DNA from: Ignavibacteriota bacterium
GTDB taxonomy: Bacteria; Bacteroidota; Ignavibacteria; Kapaibacteriales; UBA2268
Reading direction: 5' to 3'
DNA: 64,000 bases
Assembly: GCA_020437395.1 (NCBI GenBank)
Contig: JAGQWJ010000005.1
Coordinates: 13,693-77,692 of the forward strand
The translations under genes and the position numbers were made by a program. A model generated the notes under the pieces. The model ran no database searches and was not told the origin of the DNA. It was given only the letters and a program-made list of their open reading frames with translations. How positions within the stretch are numbered: the first letter of the stretch is position 1; each line of letters starts with the position of its first letter. This document shows positions 46,322 to 57,554 of the stretch, piece by piece.

Positions 46322-49300
46322 ACTTTTTTTCCATTAATTTTTTTATCAACTCAACCAATTTATAAAAATTTTCGAGTAAATAGTTAATTTTTTCTACTTC
46401 AATTGTTTTGGTTGCATCAAGTAGTTCTTCAGAATATACCTTTAGAAATGTAATTTCTCTTTCTTTTGCAATCTTTAACAACTGTTCAGCGAAATCGTTT
46501 ATATCTTTAAGTAAAAAATTTGATTTTATATTTTTTAGCTTACTTGTGAATCTTCCATTTATCATTAATAATAGTTCATCGAGTAATTCATAAGAATAAT
46601 AATTCAATTTATTATCATTTGATATTATTCTTTCAATTATATAGGATCCATCTAATTTCTTGTTATTAATATCCTGCGAATTGTTAACAACTAGATTAAT
46701 ATCATTTATTCTTACAGTAAACTTGCTTCCTTTTTCTAACTCTGATTCTACAGTAATTGTGCCATTCATTGATTTTAATATACGTTTTACAATTGCTAAC
46801 CCGAGTCCAAATCCTAAACTTTCATCAGTTATGTTGACTTGTCTAAATGCCGAGAATATATCTTTTAGTCTAGACTCAGGAATTCCTCTCCCCGTGTCCT
46901 CGACTATTAGTTCGAGGTTGACGTTTGTTGTGTTCAACTTATTCAAATGAATTGATAATGTTATTTTTCCATTCTCTGTGTACTTTATTGAGTTGTTCAA
47001 AAGATTTATTAGAACTTGTTTAAACTTTAATTGATCTATATTTAGCAAATGTTCAACTCCATTCGTATTTATGGATTTGATAAATTTCAAGTTCTTTTTT
47101 TCAAGTTCTAAATTAAATATATTCTCAATTTCTAACACTAAGGTTTTGATGTTAGTAGGTACTGGTCTGAGTTCCAATTTGCCTGTTTCAGCTTTCGTAT
47201 AGAACAATAAATCATTAATTAATTGAAGTAATAAATTTGCACTTGACTTAATAGACTCTAAATAACTCTTATTATTCGAATTTGTATTTTTAGAAATAAT
47301 TATATCTGTAAATCCAGAAATAGCATTTATTGGAGTTTTCAACTCATGTGTTAAATTAGATAGATACATTGATTTTAGTTCTGAACTTCTTTCTGCATTT
47401 ATCTTCGCAATAGTCAATTCGTTTATTAAATTAATCTTTTGTGTAACATCTCTAAAAGTTAATAAAAACACAGTTTTTTCAAAATATGTTAACTGAGTTC
47501 CATTCCCTTCAATTGTCTTCACTTTATTATTTACAAGTAAATTATATTGAGTTTTTTCGAATGATTCTCCATTTTTAACCAAATAAATATCTTTTCTCAG
47601 CTTATGGTTTAGTGAATCATCTAAAAAATTAAATATATTCTTTTCCGTAATCTCGCTTTGATTTATTTCCAAAACATTTTTTGCTTCATTGTTGGCAAAA
47701 AGTATCTCACCACTCCAATTAGTAATTAAAACTGGTTCTAATATTGTACTAACTAATGTACTAAATAATTCTTCTCTTTCTATTAACTGTTGTTTTGCTT
47801 TTTGTTTCTCTCTATTATCTAATACAACCCCAATAATGCTATCTATCTTATTTTGCTCATTGTAAACTAAAGTTAACTGAATATCTGAATAATTATTGAA
47901 AGTTCTGAGATGACTCCTGTGAAAAAGTTTACGTTCAATTTTCTTTTTGAATAGTTTCAAATTTAATATTTCAGTTTTAAGTTCATTTAGGTCGTCGCTT
48001 AAATATATTTCTGAAAGACTCTTTAATGGCTTTTCCTGATTAAGACCGTAGAATTTGTAAATATTTTTAGAGTAGAATTTTAGATTAAAATCTACATCAA
48101 CTTTCCAAATAACATGTGCTATATAATTTTCGAAAATATTATTAACATTGTGTAGAAGATTTAGTTCATTTTTTAGATTATTATTTTCATCTGTTAGTGC
48201 TAATTTAACTTTTCTATTTTTCTTAATTAGCTTTCTGTAAAGAATATAAATTACTGCTAGCAAAAGAGTTGAAACTATTGCAATAATCCAACTCAAGCTA
48301 AACAAACTAACATCTTGGTTAATATAGAATGTATTTGAATGGTTTTTATTTCCAATTTCAGAAATAGAAGAAATTTCTATTTTATTAAGCCCCCGTTTTA
48401 GATTTTTTATTCTTATAAACTTATTATTCCCTTTGATCCATTTATTTCCATTAATTCTATATTTATACCTAATTCCATTATTTAAGAAATATTCATCTGT
48501 CAAAAGTTCTATTTCAATTAAGTCATCTATGAAGTTAACATTTATAGTGTCGTTTTCAACAAAGTAATAATAGCTAATACTGTCTTTATAATTTAGTTCT
48601 ACTGATTTAACAATTAATTTATGGGGCTTTATATGATTTGAAATAACTTCTGGATTGAAGTTTACTAATCCATCTGTTCCACCAAAATAAAACGAGTTCT
48701 CGTTATGCTTTAATGAAGCATTCAAGTTGTATTCGGAGTTTAGATCAAAGACCCTATTATCAAAATTTGTAACGTTATTATTAACTAAGTTGATTCTTGA
48801 GATACCCCTGTTCGTTGAAACCCATAGGCAATCAAATTTATCAAAAAGTATCTCATAAACACAATTATTGTTCAATCCATTGTCTGAATTGTAGTTAATA
48901 TAACTACTATCAACTGGATTAAGAATAAATATTCCTTTTTCTTTTGTACAAAGTATTTGTTTAGAGCCGAATTTTACAATTTTATTTGAACTTCTGAACA
49001 ACTCTTTTCTAATTTTAGGATAGCTATCGGACAATGGTCTTAACGTCGCATCAATAAATGAGTAAGCATAAACTCCTAACCCTTCAAAGACACAATAAAT
49101 CAAATCATCATCAACATACATACTTCTGACGTATAATGAGTTCTTCCCTATTCCATTATTTATTGATTCAATCAAACTGAATGTTTCTGTTTTAGGCTCA
49201 AATGCAACAACTCCATTAGAAGTGCCAAGTATTAAATTCTTCTTATATTCTTGAATAACAAATACAGAATTTATAGATTTATCAAGATTTGTATTGGTAT

Positions 49301-50651
49301 TAAACTCTATAAATTTATACTTTTTCTTTGATTTAGAATATTTATAAAGTCCGTTATCTTCAGTTCCAATCCAAACTATATCTTCATTAACTGGATCTTG
49401 TAGAAAACAATATATACTATTGGAATTAATATATAATTCCCAAGCTTCTGATAAATATTTGTTGGTTAGTTCTACACTATTAATTCTTTTTGAAATCAAA
49501 TCAAGTTTATTAAACCCACTATAGCCACCTATCCATAACTCATTATCAATTTTATTAATACTACGAATAGAACTAAATGTTAATTCATTTTCTTTATTCC
49601 TAATGGTATTAAAAGCACTGAAATAAATGTTGCTATAATATACTCCAGTTCCATTAGACCCGTACCATTCTGTACCCTTTGAATCAATAAGTACACTTAG
49701 AAAAGAACTATATGTTATATTAGAATTTGAACTATTAATAGTTTTAGTAATAACTATACTATCCTTTATTATATCTATATATGAAATCCCCTCTATTGAA
49801 GCAATAACATATGACGAGTCATTAATTTTAAAACTAGATTTTCCTTTAGTAAATACTGAGTCTTTTACTCCGTTTGTGAAGGTGATATTTTTAGATATTT
49901 TATTTTCAGAAGGTTCAAAAAGTAAGAATCCATCACTTTCAGTTGTTATAAGCATTCGATTATTACTACTTTCTATACTCATTATTCTGGAATTCGAAAC
50001 ATTGTAAACTTTATATTTCTGATTTTTTGTGTTAAGCCCAATTATTTGTCCTTTCGTATTACCTGAGTAAACAAAATCTCCAATTTTCTTTATACTTTTA
50101 AATTCTGTTGATCTAATATTTTTGTCTAGTTTATTAAAATAATCAATTTTTCTTTTAGTAGAATAATTGTAACTAAAAATTCCACCTCCACCAGTGGCAA
50201 CCCATAAAATTGATTCAACTGTATCAATATCAATTGATTTAATTAATTCTTGATTATTTTTGTATTGTATTTCAATATTGTTGAAGCAATTATTTTTATA
50301 ATCGTAAAAAGAAATTCCTGTTTCATAAGTTGCTAACCATAACCGATTCTGATTATCTTCTTTCAAGTCAACAATTCTATCGCTCTTCAAAGAACAAAAT
50401 CCTTCCAAGTCACTATAGAAAACTTCTATTTTACCATTTTCAAATCTATTTAACCCATCATTTGTAGCAACCCAAATTAAACCAAATTTATCTTCGTATA
50501 TTTTATTGATTGTGTTCTGCGAAAGGCCGTTTTTTACGTCGATAAAACGTAATTTATATTCGTTTGCATAAGTAATTTGAGATTGCAAACAGATATAGAA
50601 TAAGATGCTCAAAGTTGCTATAAACTTACTTAAATTAATATTTTTCTCCAC
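46311..50651 (-). CDS. Two-component-regulator propeller (beta-propeller plus Y_Y_Y) sensor histidine kinase with PAS domains and a C-terminal Hpt-like helical domain
   Basis: Signal peptide. Repeated GLSQN/GL..F/W propeller motifs. TM helix IIAIVSTLLLAVIYILY. PAS region. HisKA LSNLTHELKTPI. HATPase NLLNNSIKYT, DTGRGI and GFGLGL. GTG start. Confidence 0.85.
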   Translation of the reverse strand: MEKNINLSKFIATLSILFYICLQSQITYANEYKLRFIDVKNGLSQNTINKIYEDKFGLIWVATNDGLNRFENGKIEVFYSDLEGFCSLKSDRIVDLKEDNQNRLWLATYETGISFYDYKNNCFNNIEIQYKNNQELIKSIDIDTVESILWVATGGGGIFSYNYSTKRKIDYFNKLDKNIRSTEFKSIKKIGDFVYSGNTKGQIIGLNTKNQKYKVYNVSNSRIMSIESSNNRMLITTESDGFLLFEPSENKISKNITFTNGVKDSVFTKGKSSFKINDSSYVIASIEGISYIDIIKDSIVITKTINSSNSNITYSSFLSVLIDSKGTEWYGSNGTGVYYSNIYFSAFNTIRNKENELTFSSIRSINKIDNELWIGGYSGFNKLDLISKRINSVELTNKYLSEAWELYINSNSIYCFLQDPVNEDIVWIGTEDNGLYKYSKSKKKYKFIEFNTNTNLDKSINSVFVIQEYKKNLILGTSNGVVAFEPKTETFSLIESINNGIGKNSLYVRSMYVDDDLIYCVFEGLGVYAYSFIDATLRPLSDSYPKIRKELFRSSNKIVKFGSKQILCTKEKGIFILNPVDSSYINYNSDNGLNNNCVYEILFDKFDCLWVSTNRGISRINLVNNNVTNFDNRVFDLNSEYNLNASLKHNENSFYFGGTDGLVNFNPEVISNHIKPHKLIVKSVELNYKDSISYYYFVENDTINVNFIDDLIEIELLTDEYFLNNGIRYKYRINGNKWIKGNNKFIRIKNLKRGLNKIEISSISEIGNKNHSNTFYINQDVSLFSLSWIIAIVSTLLLAVIYILYRKLIKKNRKVKLALTDENNNLKNELNLLHNVNNIFENYIAHVIWKVDVDFNLKFYSKNIYKFYGLNQEKPLKSLSEIYLSDDLNELKTEILNLKLFKKKIERKLFHRSHLRTFNNYSDIQLTLVYNEQNKIDSIIGVVLDNREKQKAKQQLIEREELFSTLVSTILEPVLITNWSGEILFANNEAKNVLEINQSEITEKNIFNFLDDSLNHKLRKDIYLVKNGESFEKTQYNLLVNNKVKTIEGNGTQLTYFEKTVFLLTFRDVTQKINLINELTIAKINAERSSELKSMYLSNLTHELKTPINAISGFTDIIISKNTNSNNKSYLESIKSSANLLLQLINDLLFYTKAETGKLELRPVPTNIKTLVLEIENIFNLELEKKNLKFIKSINTNGVEHLLNIDQLKFKQVLINLLNNSIKYTENGKITLSIHLNKLNTTNVNLELIVEDTGRGIPESRLKDIFSAFRQVNITDESLGFGLGLAIVKRILKSMNGTITVESELEKGSKFTVRINDINLVVNNSQDINNKKLDGSYIIERIISNDNKLNYYSYELLDELLLMINGRFTSKLKNIKSNFLLKDINDFAEQLLKIAKEREITFLKVYSEELLDATKTIEVEKINYLLENFYKLVELIKKLMEKKYGN

Positions 50652-50739
50652 GTTGGGTAATAAGAATAGTGAAATCTTGATATTTTTCTTTAACTTTGAA
50701 AATTAAAATAGTAAAATAATAATTAACAATATAAACAAT

Positions 50740-51639
50740 ATGAGCGTTTTAGTAAACAAAGAGACTAAATTATTAGTACAAGGAATTACAGGAACTGAAG
50801 GTACGTTCCACACAATGCAAATGATAGAATACGGAACTAACGTAGTAGCTGGAGTTACACCTGGTAAAGGTGGTACTACTTACAAAGGTAACGAAACGAA
50901 TAAGTTTGAAAAAGAAGTTGCGGTATTCAACACAGTAAAAGATGCAGTAGAACAAACAGGAGCAAATGCTTCAGTTATTTTTGTACCGCCTCCATTTGCT
51001 GCAGATGCAATTTTAGAAGCAATTGAAGCAGAAATTGCATTAATTATATGTATAACTGAAGGTATTCCTATCAAAGATATGATTCCGGTTAAAGCGGCTT
51101 TATTGCAATCAAATTCTAGATTAATTGGTCCAAATTGTCCAGGAGTTATAACACCAGGTGAAGCAAAGATTGGAATTATGCCTGGTTTTATACATTCTAG
51201 AGGTAAAGTTGGACTAGTTTCCAGAAGTGGTACTTTAACTTATGAAGCAGTTAAACAGCTAACTGATGAGGGTTTAGGACAATCAACATGTATTGGTATC
51301 GGTGGAGACCCAATAATAGGGACTCAATTCATTGATGCAATAAAACTATTCAACGAAGATCCAGAAACGGAATGTATAGTTATGATTGGTGAAATTGGAG
51401 GTAATGCTGAAGAAGAAGCGGCTCAATACATAAAAGAACACGTAAAAAAACCTGTAGTAGGATTTATTGCAGGAAGAACAGCACCTCCTGGTAGAAGAAT
51501 GGGGCATGCTGGAGCAATAGTCGCTGGTGGTAAGGGATCAGCAGAAGACAAAATAGCTGCAATGAAAGATGCAGGAATTTTTGTTGTTGACACACCTGGT
51601 ACATTAGGTACAACAGCTAAAAAAGCATTAGGATTATAA
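50740..51639 (+). CDS. sucD: Succinate--CoA ligase (ADP-forming) subunit alpha
   Basis: [25 protein letters not shown] and the phosphohistidine loop MGHAGAIV. Confidence 0.95.
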   Translation: MSVLVNKETKLLVQGITGTEGTFHTMQMIEYGTNVVAGVTPGKGGTTYKGNETNKFEKEVAVFNTVKDAVEQTGANASVIFVPPPFAADAILEAIEAEIALIICITEGIPIKDMIPVKAALLQSNSRLIGPNCPGVITPGEAKIGIMPGFIHSRGKVGLVSRSGTLTYEAVKQLTDEGLGQSTCIGIGGDPIIGTQFIDAIKLFNEDPETECIVMIGEIGGNAEEEAAQYIKEHVKKPVVGFIAGRTAPPGRRMGHAGAIVAGGKGSAEDKIAAMKDAGIFVVDTPGTLGTTAKKALGL

Positions 51640-51678
51640 TTTTTTTTATTAGTTTTTATTAAATAGAATAGGCAAGTA

Positions 51679-52107
51679 ATGTCAAACAAAACAATTGCAA
51701 TCATTAAACCAGACGCTGTAGCAAAAAATGTTATTGGCGAAATTGTAGCTAAAATAACTCAAGCTGGGTTTAAAGTTAACGGTTTAAGACTTATTAGATT
51801 AACTCGTGCACAAGCAGGTGCATTTTATGAAATACATAAAGATAGACCTTTTTATGGTGAATTAATTGACTATATGACTAGTGGTCCTGTAGTACCTATA
51901 GCACTAGAAAAAAATAATGCAGTAGAAGATTTCAGAAAATTGATTGGGGCTACAAATCCTAATGAAGCTGAAGAAGGAACAATTAGAAAATTATATGGAA
52001 CTGGAATAGAAGCAAACGCTATTCATGGTTCTGATTCTGATGAAAATGCAGAAATTGAAACTAATTTCTTTTTCTCTAGATCTGATATTGTTAATATTAA
52101 TCAATAA
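51679..52107 (+). CDS. ndk: Nucleoside-diphosphate kinase
   Basis: TIAIIKPDAV, GPVVPIALE, TIRKLYG and the active-site NAIHGSDS. Confidence 0.95.
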   Translation: MSNKTIAIIKPDAVAKNVIGEIVAKITQAGFKVNGLRLIRLTRAQAGAFYEIHKDRPFYGELIDYMTSGPVVPIALEKNNAVEDFRKLIGATNPNEAEEGTIRKLYGTGIEANAIHGSDSDENAEIETNFFFSRSDIVNINQ

Positions 52108-52120
52108 TTTCATATTACTC

Positions 52121-52145
52121 TACCCTCTTACTTGTTGAGAGGGTA
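52121..52145 (+). terminator. Possible terminator hairpin after ndk (T-run displaced about 15 nt)
   Basis: TACCCTC / GAGGGTA stem. Weak U-tract geometry. Confidence 0.35.
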
Positions 52146-52244
52146 TTGTAAACTCCCACCTTTTTTATTTAGAAACTTAATTCAATATACTTACGTTATT
52201 ATACAAAATTAAAATTTGTTTATTTTTACTTTTTGGTGTTTTCT

Positions 52245-53219
52245 ATGAAATTCTTTACTTCATTTTTATTTAGTTTATTATTGTTTTCAATTGCTAATGC
52301 ACAAGAATCTGCACAGACTGGAATTGATAAAGCTGATGAAAAGCCTAAATACGATGTTTCTTTTAATATTAAGCCATTAGTTTATCACATATATAGATTT
52401 ACGGAAACAACTAAAGTTAAAAGAGTTTTTGAGGATGAAACTATTAATGAATATGAAAAGTCAGTAACACATTGGTTCACTGTATTTGCTCCTGACCCAA
52501 AAAACGAAGAGGGATTCTTATTAATAGAAATAAAAACTGATTCAATGAAATATGATCTGAATGCTGCCAATATGAAAGTTTCTTACAACACAACTAATTA
52601 TGATATGGATATGCCACTAAATTATATGGATTTTTTCACTGATTATATTCAATATGGACAATCTTTTAATTTTCTCTATTCACCCTATGGTGATGTTGCA
52701 AGAACTTATGGTGAAAAATTGGAAGCAGAAAAAAGAGACTATTCTAAAACTCACGATTTAGTGAAGCGCAGCCAAATACTTTATGCCCTTTCAGAAGAGA
52801 AACTTAAGTCTTCATTTGATGTACCTAAAAGTATATACCCTCCTTTTGAGGTTACAAAAGATACATCCTGGGAGAGTGAATCTCAATTTTTTGTGTGTGG
52901 AGTGCCTTTAAATGGAAAGTTAATAAATACTTTTGATGGATATTCTAAGAATGAATATCATATCTCAACAAAAATTGATAGTTTAACACTAAACTCTCCA
53001 ATTGACAATGTGATTTTACCTGATTTAGACAAGAATTCTAAAATAACATCTGCGGTAGCGACAGGGGAATTAAAAGCCGATTTACACACAGGTGGAAATA
53101 TTAATTATTTACGTGTCAATCTTAAGGCTTTACTAAAGGGTGAATTAGGTAACTACAAGTTCAATCAAGTAGTTGAGACAACCCAAACATGGGATTTACT
53201 TGGTAAATTCGAATATTAA
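52245..53219 (+). CDS. Secreted protein of unknown function
   Basis: ATG 52245 gives signal peptide MKFFTSFLFSLLLFSIANAQ. No motif I can name. Confidence 0.5.
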   Translation: MKFFTSFLFSLLLFSIANAQESAQTGIDKADEKPKYDVSFNIKPLVYHIYRFTETTKVKRVFEDETINEYEKSVTHWFTVFAPDPKNEEGFLLIEIKTDSMKYDLNAANMKVSYNTTNYDMDMPLNYMDFFTDYIQYGQSFNFLYSPYGDVARTYGEKLEAEKRDYSKTHDLVKRSQILYALSEEKLKSSFDVPKSIYPPFEVTKDTSWESESQFFVCGVPLNGKLINTFDGYSKNEYHISTKIDSLTLNSPIDNVILPDLDKNSKITSAVATGELKADLHTGGNINYLRVNLKALLKGELGNYKFNQVVETTQTWDLLGKFEY

Positions 53220-53310
53220 TTAATATGTTTACAAGTATTATTTGATACACTACTTCAAATCTTATATATTTGGCATTGTTCAATTTATATTATTCTAAAT
53301 AGAATTTTCA

Positions 53311-55410
53311 ATGTCAAACAAAAAATTTAATGAATTCAAATCATTATTTATTCTAAGTGATATCATGCCTATAAGTATGGTATTAATTGGAATAATTATT
53401 TCACTTTTTATTTCAGAAATAGCAATTAAGCTAATAGGCGTAAGCATATCAATATTAGGTATTGTAGTGTTATTGATGAAATTAACAACTCGTATGTCAT
53501 CTTCCGTAGAAACAAAATTTAAGTCTAATCCCCCACCAAATTTCAAGATTACAGTAAAGAAAAGTCCAGAGGCAGTTAGACAAGTTATAGAGAATTATAG
53601 TGGTGATATTGAAGATAAAGAAACTAAGTCCAATGACAAAGAAGAACAAATTCAAAAATCTAAAAGCACTCCTGTTAAAAATACAATGGGAGAAGAAGAA
53701 GGTTTTAGAATAATTAGTAAAAATAAAACTGAAGTAGAAAACCAAAACGAAGTAATTTTTGATAAGGAAGCTAGATTTAATACGAATGAATTAGATTCAA
53801 ATGAAGAAAACGTTGTTCCATTAGATAATTCTAAAATTGAAAAAGAAGAAATAAATAATTCAGAACCGAACAACAAAGGAATTAAAGCACCAACAAAGTT
53901 CAGAAAACGAGAAATTAATATACCAACTAATGGGCTGTTAGAAGAGATGCCCATTTTGAAAGAGCATCCCGACAAAGAATTTGAGTTTTTCATAAATAGA
54001 ATACTAATGGCAATAAGATCAGTCAGCAATACAAGAACCGCTGCTTATTTTTTCTACAATGAACATAAAAATGAAATAATTCTCAATTCATTTGCAACTG
54101 AAAGTAAAGCCGTCATCAATAAAAAATCAAAGTTTATTGCTGGAAATGACATTGTTAGTCAAATTGCGAGAAGTATGAAACCAGAGATTCTGACAGACAT
54201 TAATCCTGCAGCAGAACTTGACCTTCTCCCCTACTACAAATCAAACTCGGGCACTAATTCATTTATCGGTATTCCAGTTATTTATGACAAAAATGTTATT
54301 GGAGTTTTAACTGCTGATTCTAAACATTCAGATGCTTATGATGCAGTTATGGTAAACTTCTTGAGTCATTTTGCAAAATTAATATCGGGTTTAATAAGAA
54401 GTTATTCTGACAAATATGATCTTGCCCAAGATTCTAAATACTTGAAAGCTTACAATCAAATTGATCAAACTATTAATTTAAACGATAAAGAATCTGTTCA
54501 CAATGAACTGGTTAGTATAGTTTATAATTTATTCAATGCTCAAAATGTTTATTCGATTTCAATTGAAAATAGCAAGAATAATTATAGTATAAATGCAATT
54601 GCAAGCAATGATATAAATTGCTTTGAAAAAGGTTTTAGGTTTAGTAATAATAATTCAATTTTATCTAAATGTATTGCTAATAATGAGGATTTATACACAA
54701 CTAATTCCAACAACGAATATATAAGAATACATGAAGATGAAGATAAAAATATTGGATACTTTTATGTTGTCCCCATTAATACTGATATAGAATCTTATGG
54801 AGCGTTGGCTATTGAAGGAAAAGAAGGCAATATACTTGATAAAAGTGAACGATTGTTTATTAAATCATTAGCTCAGAAAGCTTCAAAAATAATAGAAAAC
54901 AATCGACTGTTAGACTTGATAAAGACTGGGTTCGATAAAGATCCAGAAAGTGGACTTCTTACTGAGAAATCTATTCGCATTGAAATTGAAAAAGAAATTT
55001 GTCGAAACTCCAAATTCAAATATATAAGTTCATTAATTTTGGTAAGTTTTGATAGTTATAAATCAATAGACGACAAGGATGAAGTAATAAATGAGATAAT
55101 ACTAAATCATATCAACAATATTCTAGATTCTACGCTTAATGAATTAGACGTTAGAGGTATGATTGATGATAAAATTATTATACTTCAACCTGGCAATAAT
55201 GCACAAAGTGCCAAGTTATGGGCTGAACGGATTAGAAATAAGATAGCAAGTGAATCACTTTATTTAGATGAAAAACGTTATAATATTACAGTTAGTGTTG
55301 GAATTTGTGAATTAGATGGTAACTCAACTTATAATAGTACAATTCAAAATGTAAGCGATGCTTTAAAAGTATCAAAAGAAAAAACTAACACAGTAAGTGT
55401 TTACTCTTAA
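53311..55410 (+). CDS. Membrane-anchored GAF-domain protein with a degenerate GGDEF-like C-terminal domain
   Basis: Two N-terminal TM helices, a K/E-rich linker and GAF-like regions (FIGIPVIYDKNVIGVLTADS; YGALAIEG). The C-terminal fold resembles GGDEF (ESGLLTEKSIRIEIEKE...SLILVSFD...VSVGICEL), but the signature position reads RGMIDD. Confidence 0.65.
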   Translation: MSNKKFNEFKSLFILSDIMPISMVLIGIIISLFISEIAIKLIGVSISILGIVVLLMKLTTRMSSSVETKFKSNPPPNFKITVKKSPEAVRQVIENYSGDIEDKETKSNDKEEQIQKSKSTPVKNTMGEEEGFRIISKNKTEVENQNEVIFDKEARFNTNELDSNEENVVPLDNSKIEKEEINNSEPNNKGIKAPTKFRKREINIPTNGLLEEMPILKEHPDKEFEFFINRILMAIRSVSNTRTAAYFFYNEHKNEIILNSFATESKAVINKKSKFIAGNDIVSQIARSMKPEILTDINPAAELDLLPYYKSNSGTNSFIGIPVIYDKNVIGVLTADSKHSDAYDAVMVNFLSHFAKLISGLIRSYSDKYDLAQDSKYLKAYNQIDQTINLNDKESVHNELVSIVYNLFNAQNVYSISIENSKNNYSINAIASNDINCFEKGFRFSNNNSILSKCIANNEDLYTTNSNNEYIRIHEDEDKNIGYFYVVPINTDIESYGALAIEGKEGNILDKSERLFIKSLAQKASKIIENNRLLDLIKTGFDKDPESGLLTEKSIRIEIEKEICRNSKFKYISSLILVSFDSYKSIDDKDEVINEIILNHINNILDSTLNELDVRGMIDDKIIILQPGNNAQSAKLWAERIRNKIASESLYLDEKRYNITVSVGICELDGNSTYNSTIQNVSDALKVSKEKTNTVSVYS

Positions 55411-55412
55411 AG

Positions 55413-57554
55413 ATGAATAAAGAACAACTCACCAATCAGTTATTATTAGTATTATCGGAAGCTCTAAAACCTTTGAATATCAATCAACTACTTAGAGAAC
55501 TTGATTCAAATACTAATCAGATTGAAGCTTCAGTTGTTGAGGAAGTTTTGATTGATTTGATTGATAATAAATTAGTTAGCAAAAACAAAAAAAGTAAATA
55601 TAGTTTAATTGATAATTCAACTGATGTCTACGAAGGATATTATAATTACAAAAGAGGTCATTCTGTAGTTGTAGTTATAGATTCAGAAAACAGTATTTTT
55701 TATGTTAAAAATGAGCATAGTTATACTGCTCTAGATGGTGATAAAGTATTGGTCAAATTGCTTGATATAAAGAAAGGTAAGAATTACGGTGTAGTAGTTG
55801 ATATAGTAGAAAGAAAGAATAATGAGATAGAAGGAACAGTAGAATTTAGTGGTGGTGAGTACTATCTAAAAACAAATCCTGATAAGTATAGATACGATTT
55901 TTTAATAGAATGGCATGATGATTTAGGTTTGTTGGAAGGTAAGAAAGCTAAAGGAGTCTTAACAAATTGGAGTAATCCGAAAAAGCCACCAAAAGTAAAG
56001 GTAAAAGTAGTGAACGAAAATATAGAAGATTTAAGGTCGGCTTTCGATAGAATAGTAGATGAATATGAACTAAATGAAGTATTTCCTGATAAAGTTCAAA
56101 AAGAAGCTAACAAGATAAAAGACCCGAGTGAAACTAAAATTAGCAAGGGACGAAAAGATATAAGAGATAAATTTATCATCACAGTTGATCCAGCAGATGC
56201 TAAGGATTTTGATGATGCAATCTCTTTAGAATATGATGAGAATAATAATATAGTTCTAGGAGTGCACATAGCAGACGTAAGCTTTTATGTTCCTGAGAAC
56301 TCAGAGATAGACATTGAAGCACGAGAAAGGGGTAATAGTACATATCTAGTTGATAGAGTTGTGCCTATGCTACCAGAGGTGCTATCGAACGATATATGCT
56401 CACTCAAGCCGAACATAGATAGAAATGCTTTTTCAGTCTTTATGACATTGGATAGTAATTATGAATTAATTCACTATGAATTACATGAGACTCTTATCAA
56501 TAGTAAAAAAAGATATAGCTATGAAGAAGCTCTAGACACAATAAATGGTGGCAAGGACGAAAATTCGGAGCTAATGCAAACATTAGCTGAAATTTCTCAA
56601 AAGTTAAGGCATAAGAGATTTGAAAATGGTGGAATTAATTTCTCTAGTTCAGAGTTACGTTTTGAGCTAAATGAAGATAGAATACCAATAAAAAGTAATA
56701 TAAAGAATGCAACGAAATCTACTCAAATGATAGAAGAGTACATGCTTTTAGCGAATCGTTCTGTTACATTATTTGTAAAAGAGTTAAGTAAAAAAGCTGG
56801 TAATAAGGAAACTCTTCCTTTTATATATAGAATTCACGAAGATCCTGACAGAGCTATTGTTAATGAAGCATTTCAGTTTATCGGTCATTTGACAGGAAAT
56901 AAATTCAAGAAAGTTAGTGAAGTTAGAGCTAAAGATATTAATAATATTTTAAACCGATTTGAAGATAGTACTTATTCACCAGTAATTAACCAAGTTTTAA
57001 TTCGTTCAATGGCTAAGGCAATTTATTCACAAAAAAATTATGGACATTTCGGACTTGGGTTTGAAGATTATACCCACTTTACATCTCCTATCAGAAGATA
57101 TGCCGATTTAGTAGTGCATAGACTCCTCAAAGAATACATGAAGTCAAAAGGCAAAGTATCTAAGTCCAGAATTGATTATTTGAAACCATTTACAAAATCA
57201 GTTTCTGACCATATTTCTCAAACTGAACGTAAGTCGATGGAAGCAGAAAGAGCTAGCAATAAATTAGCTTCTGCTGTGATGGTTAGAAATAAAATCGGCA
57301 ACGAATACAATGGTACTGTGACTGGTGTTATTAATTTCGGATTATTTCTTATATTAGACGAGTTAAATGTGGAAGGTTTACTACATGTTAAAGATCTGAA
57401 TAATGATTATTACCGTTTTGACGAGAAGAATCTGAAATTTGTTGGTAAGAGGACAAAAACCGAATTTACTATTGGAACCAGACTTAGAGTTAAAATAGCA
57501 AAAATTAATATTGGTAAATCGCAAATAGATTTTGAATTTATTGAGAAGTTATAA
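55413..57554 (+). CDS. rnr: Ribonuclease R
   Basis: Cold-shock-like N-terminal domains. RNB catalytic blocks ITVDPADAKDFDDAIS, HIADVS, RGNSTYL and HFGLGFEDYTHFTSPIRRYADL. C-terminal S1 domain. Confidence 0.92.
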   Translation: MNKEQLTNQLLLVLSEALKPLNINQLLRELDSNTNQIEASVVEEVLIDLIDNKLVSKNKKSKYSLIDNSTDVYEGYYNYKRGHSVVVVIDSENSIFYVKNEHSYTALDGDKVLVKLLDIKKGKNYGVVVDIVERKNNEIEGTVEFSGGEYYLKTNPDKYRYDFLIEWHDDLGLLEGKKAKGVLTNWSNPKKPPKVKVKVVNENIEDLRSAFDRIVDEYELNEVFPDKVQKEANKIKDPSETKISKGRKDIRDKFIITVDPADAKDFDDAISLEYDENNNIVLGVHIADVSFYVPENSEIDIEARERGNSTYLVDRVVPMLPEVLSNDICSLKPNIDRNAFSVFMTLDSNYELIHYELHETLINSKKRYSYEEALDTINGGKDENSELMQTLAEISQKLRHKRFENGGINFSSSELRFELNEDRIPIKSNIKNATKSTQMIEEYMLLANRSVTLFVKELSKKAGNKETLPFIYRIHEDPDRAIVNEAFQFIGHLTGNKFKKVSEVRAKDINNILNRFEDSTYSPVINQVLIRSMAKAIYSQKNYGHFGLGFEDYTHFTSPIRRYADLVVHRLLKEYMKSKGKVSKSRIDYLKPFTKSVSDHISQTERKSMEAERASNKLASAVMVRNKIGNEYNGTVTGVINFGLFLILDELNVEGLLHVKDLNNDYYRFDEKNLKFVGKRTKTEFTIGTRLRVKIAKINIGKSQIDFEFIEKL

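Noticed and set aside
50740-51639. sucD without an adjacent sucC.
   Set aside because: It is unusual relative to E. coli, but split sucC/sucD loci occur in several lineages. This cannot be evaluated without the rest of the genome.
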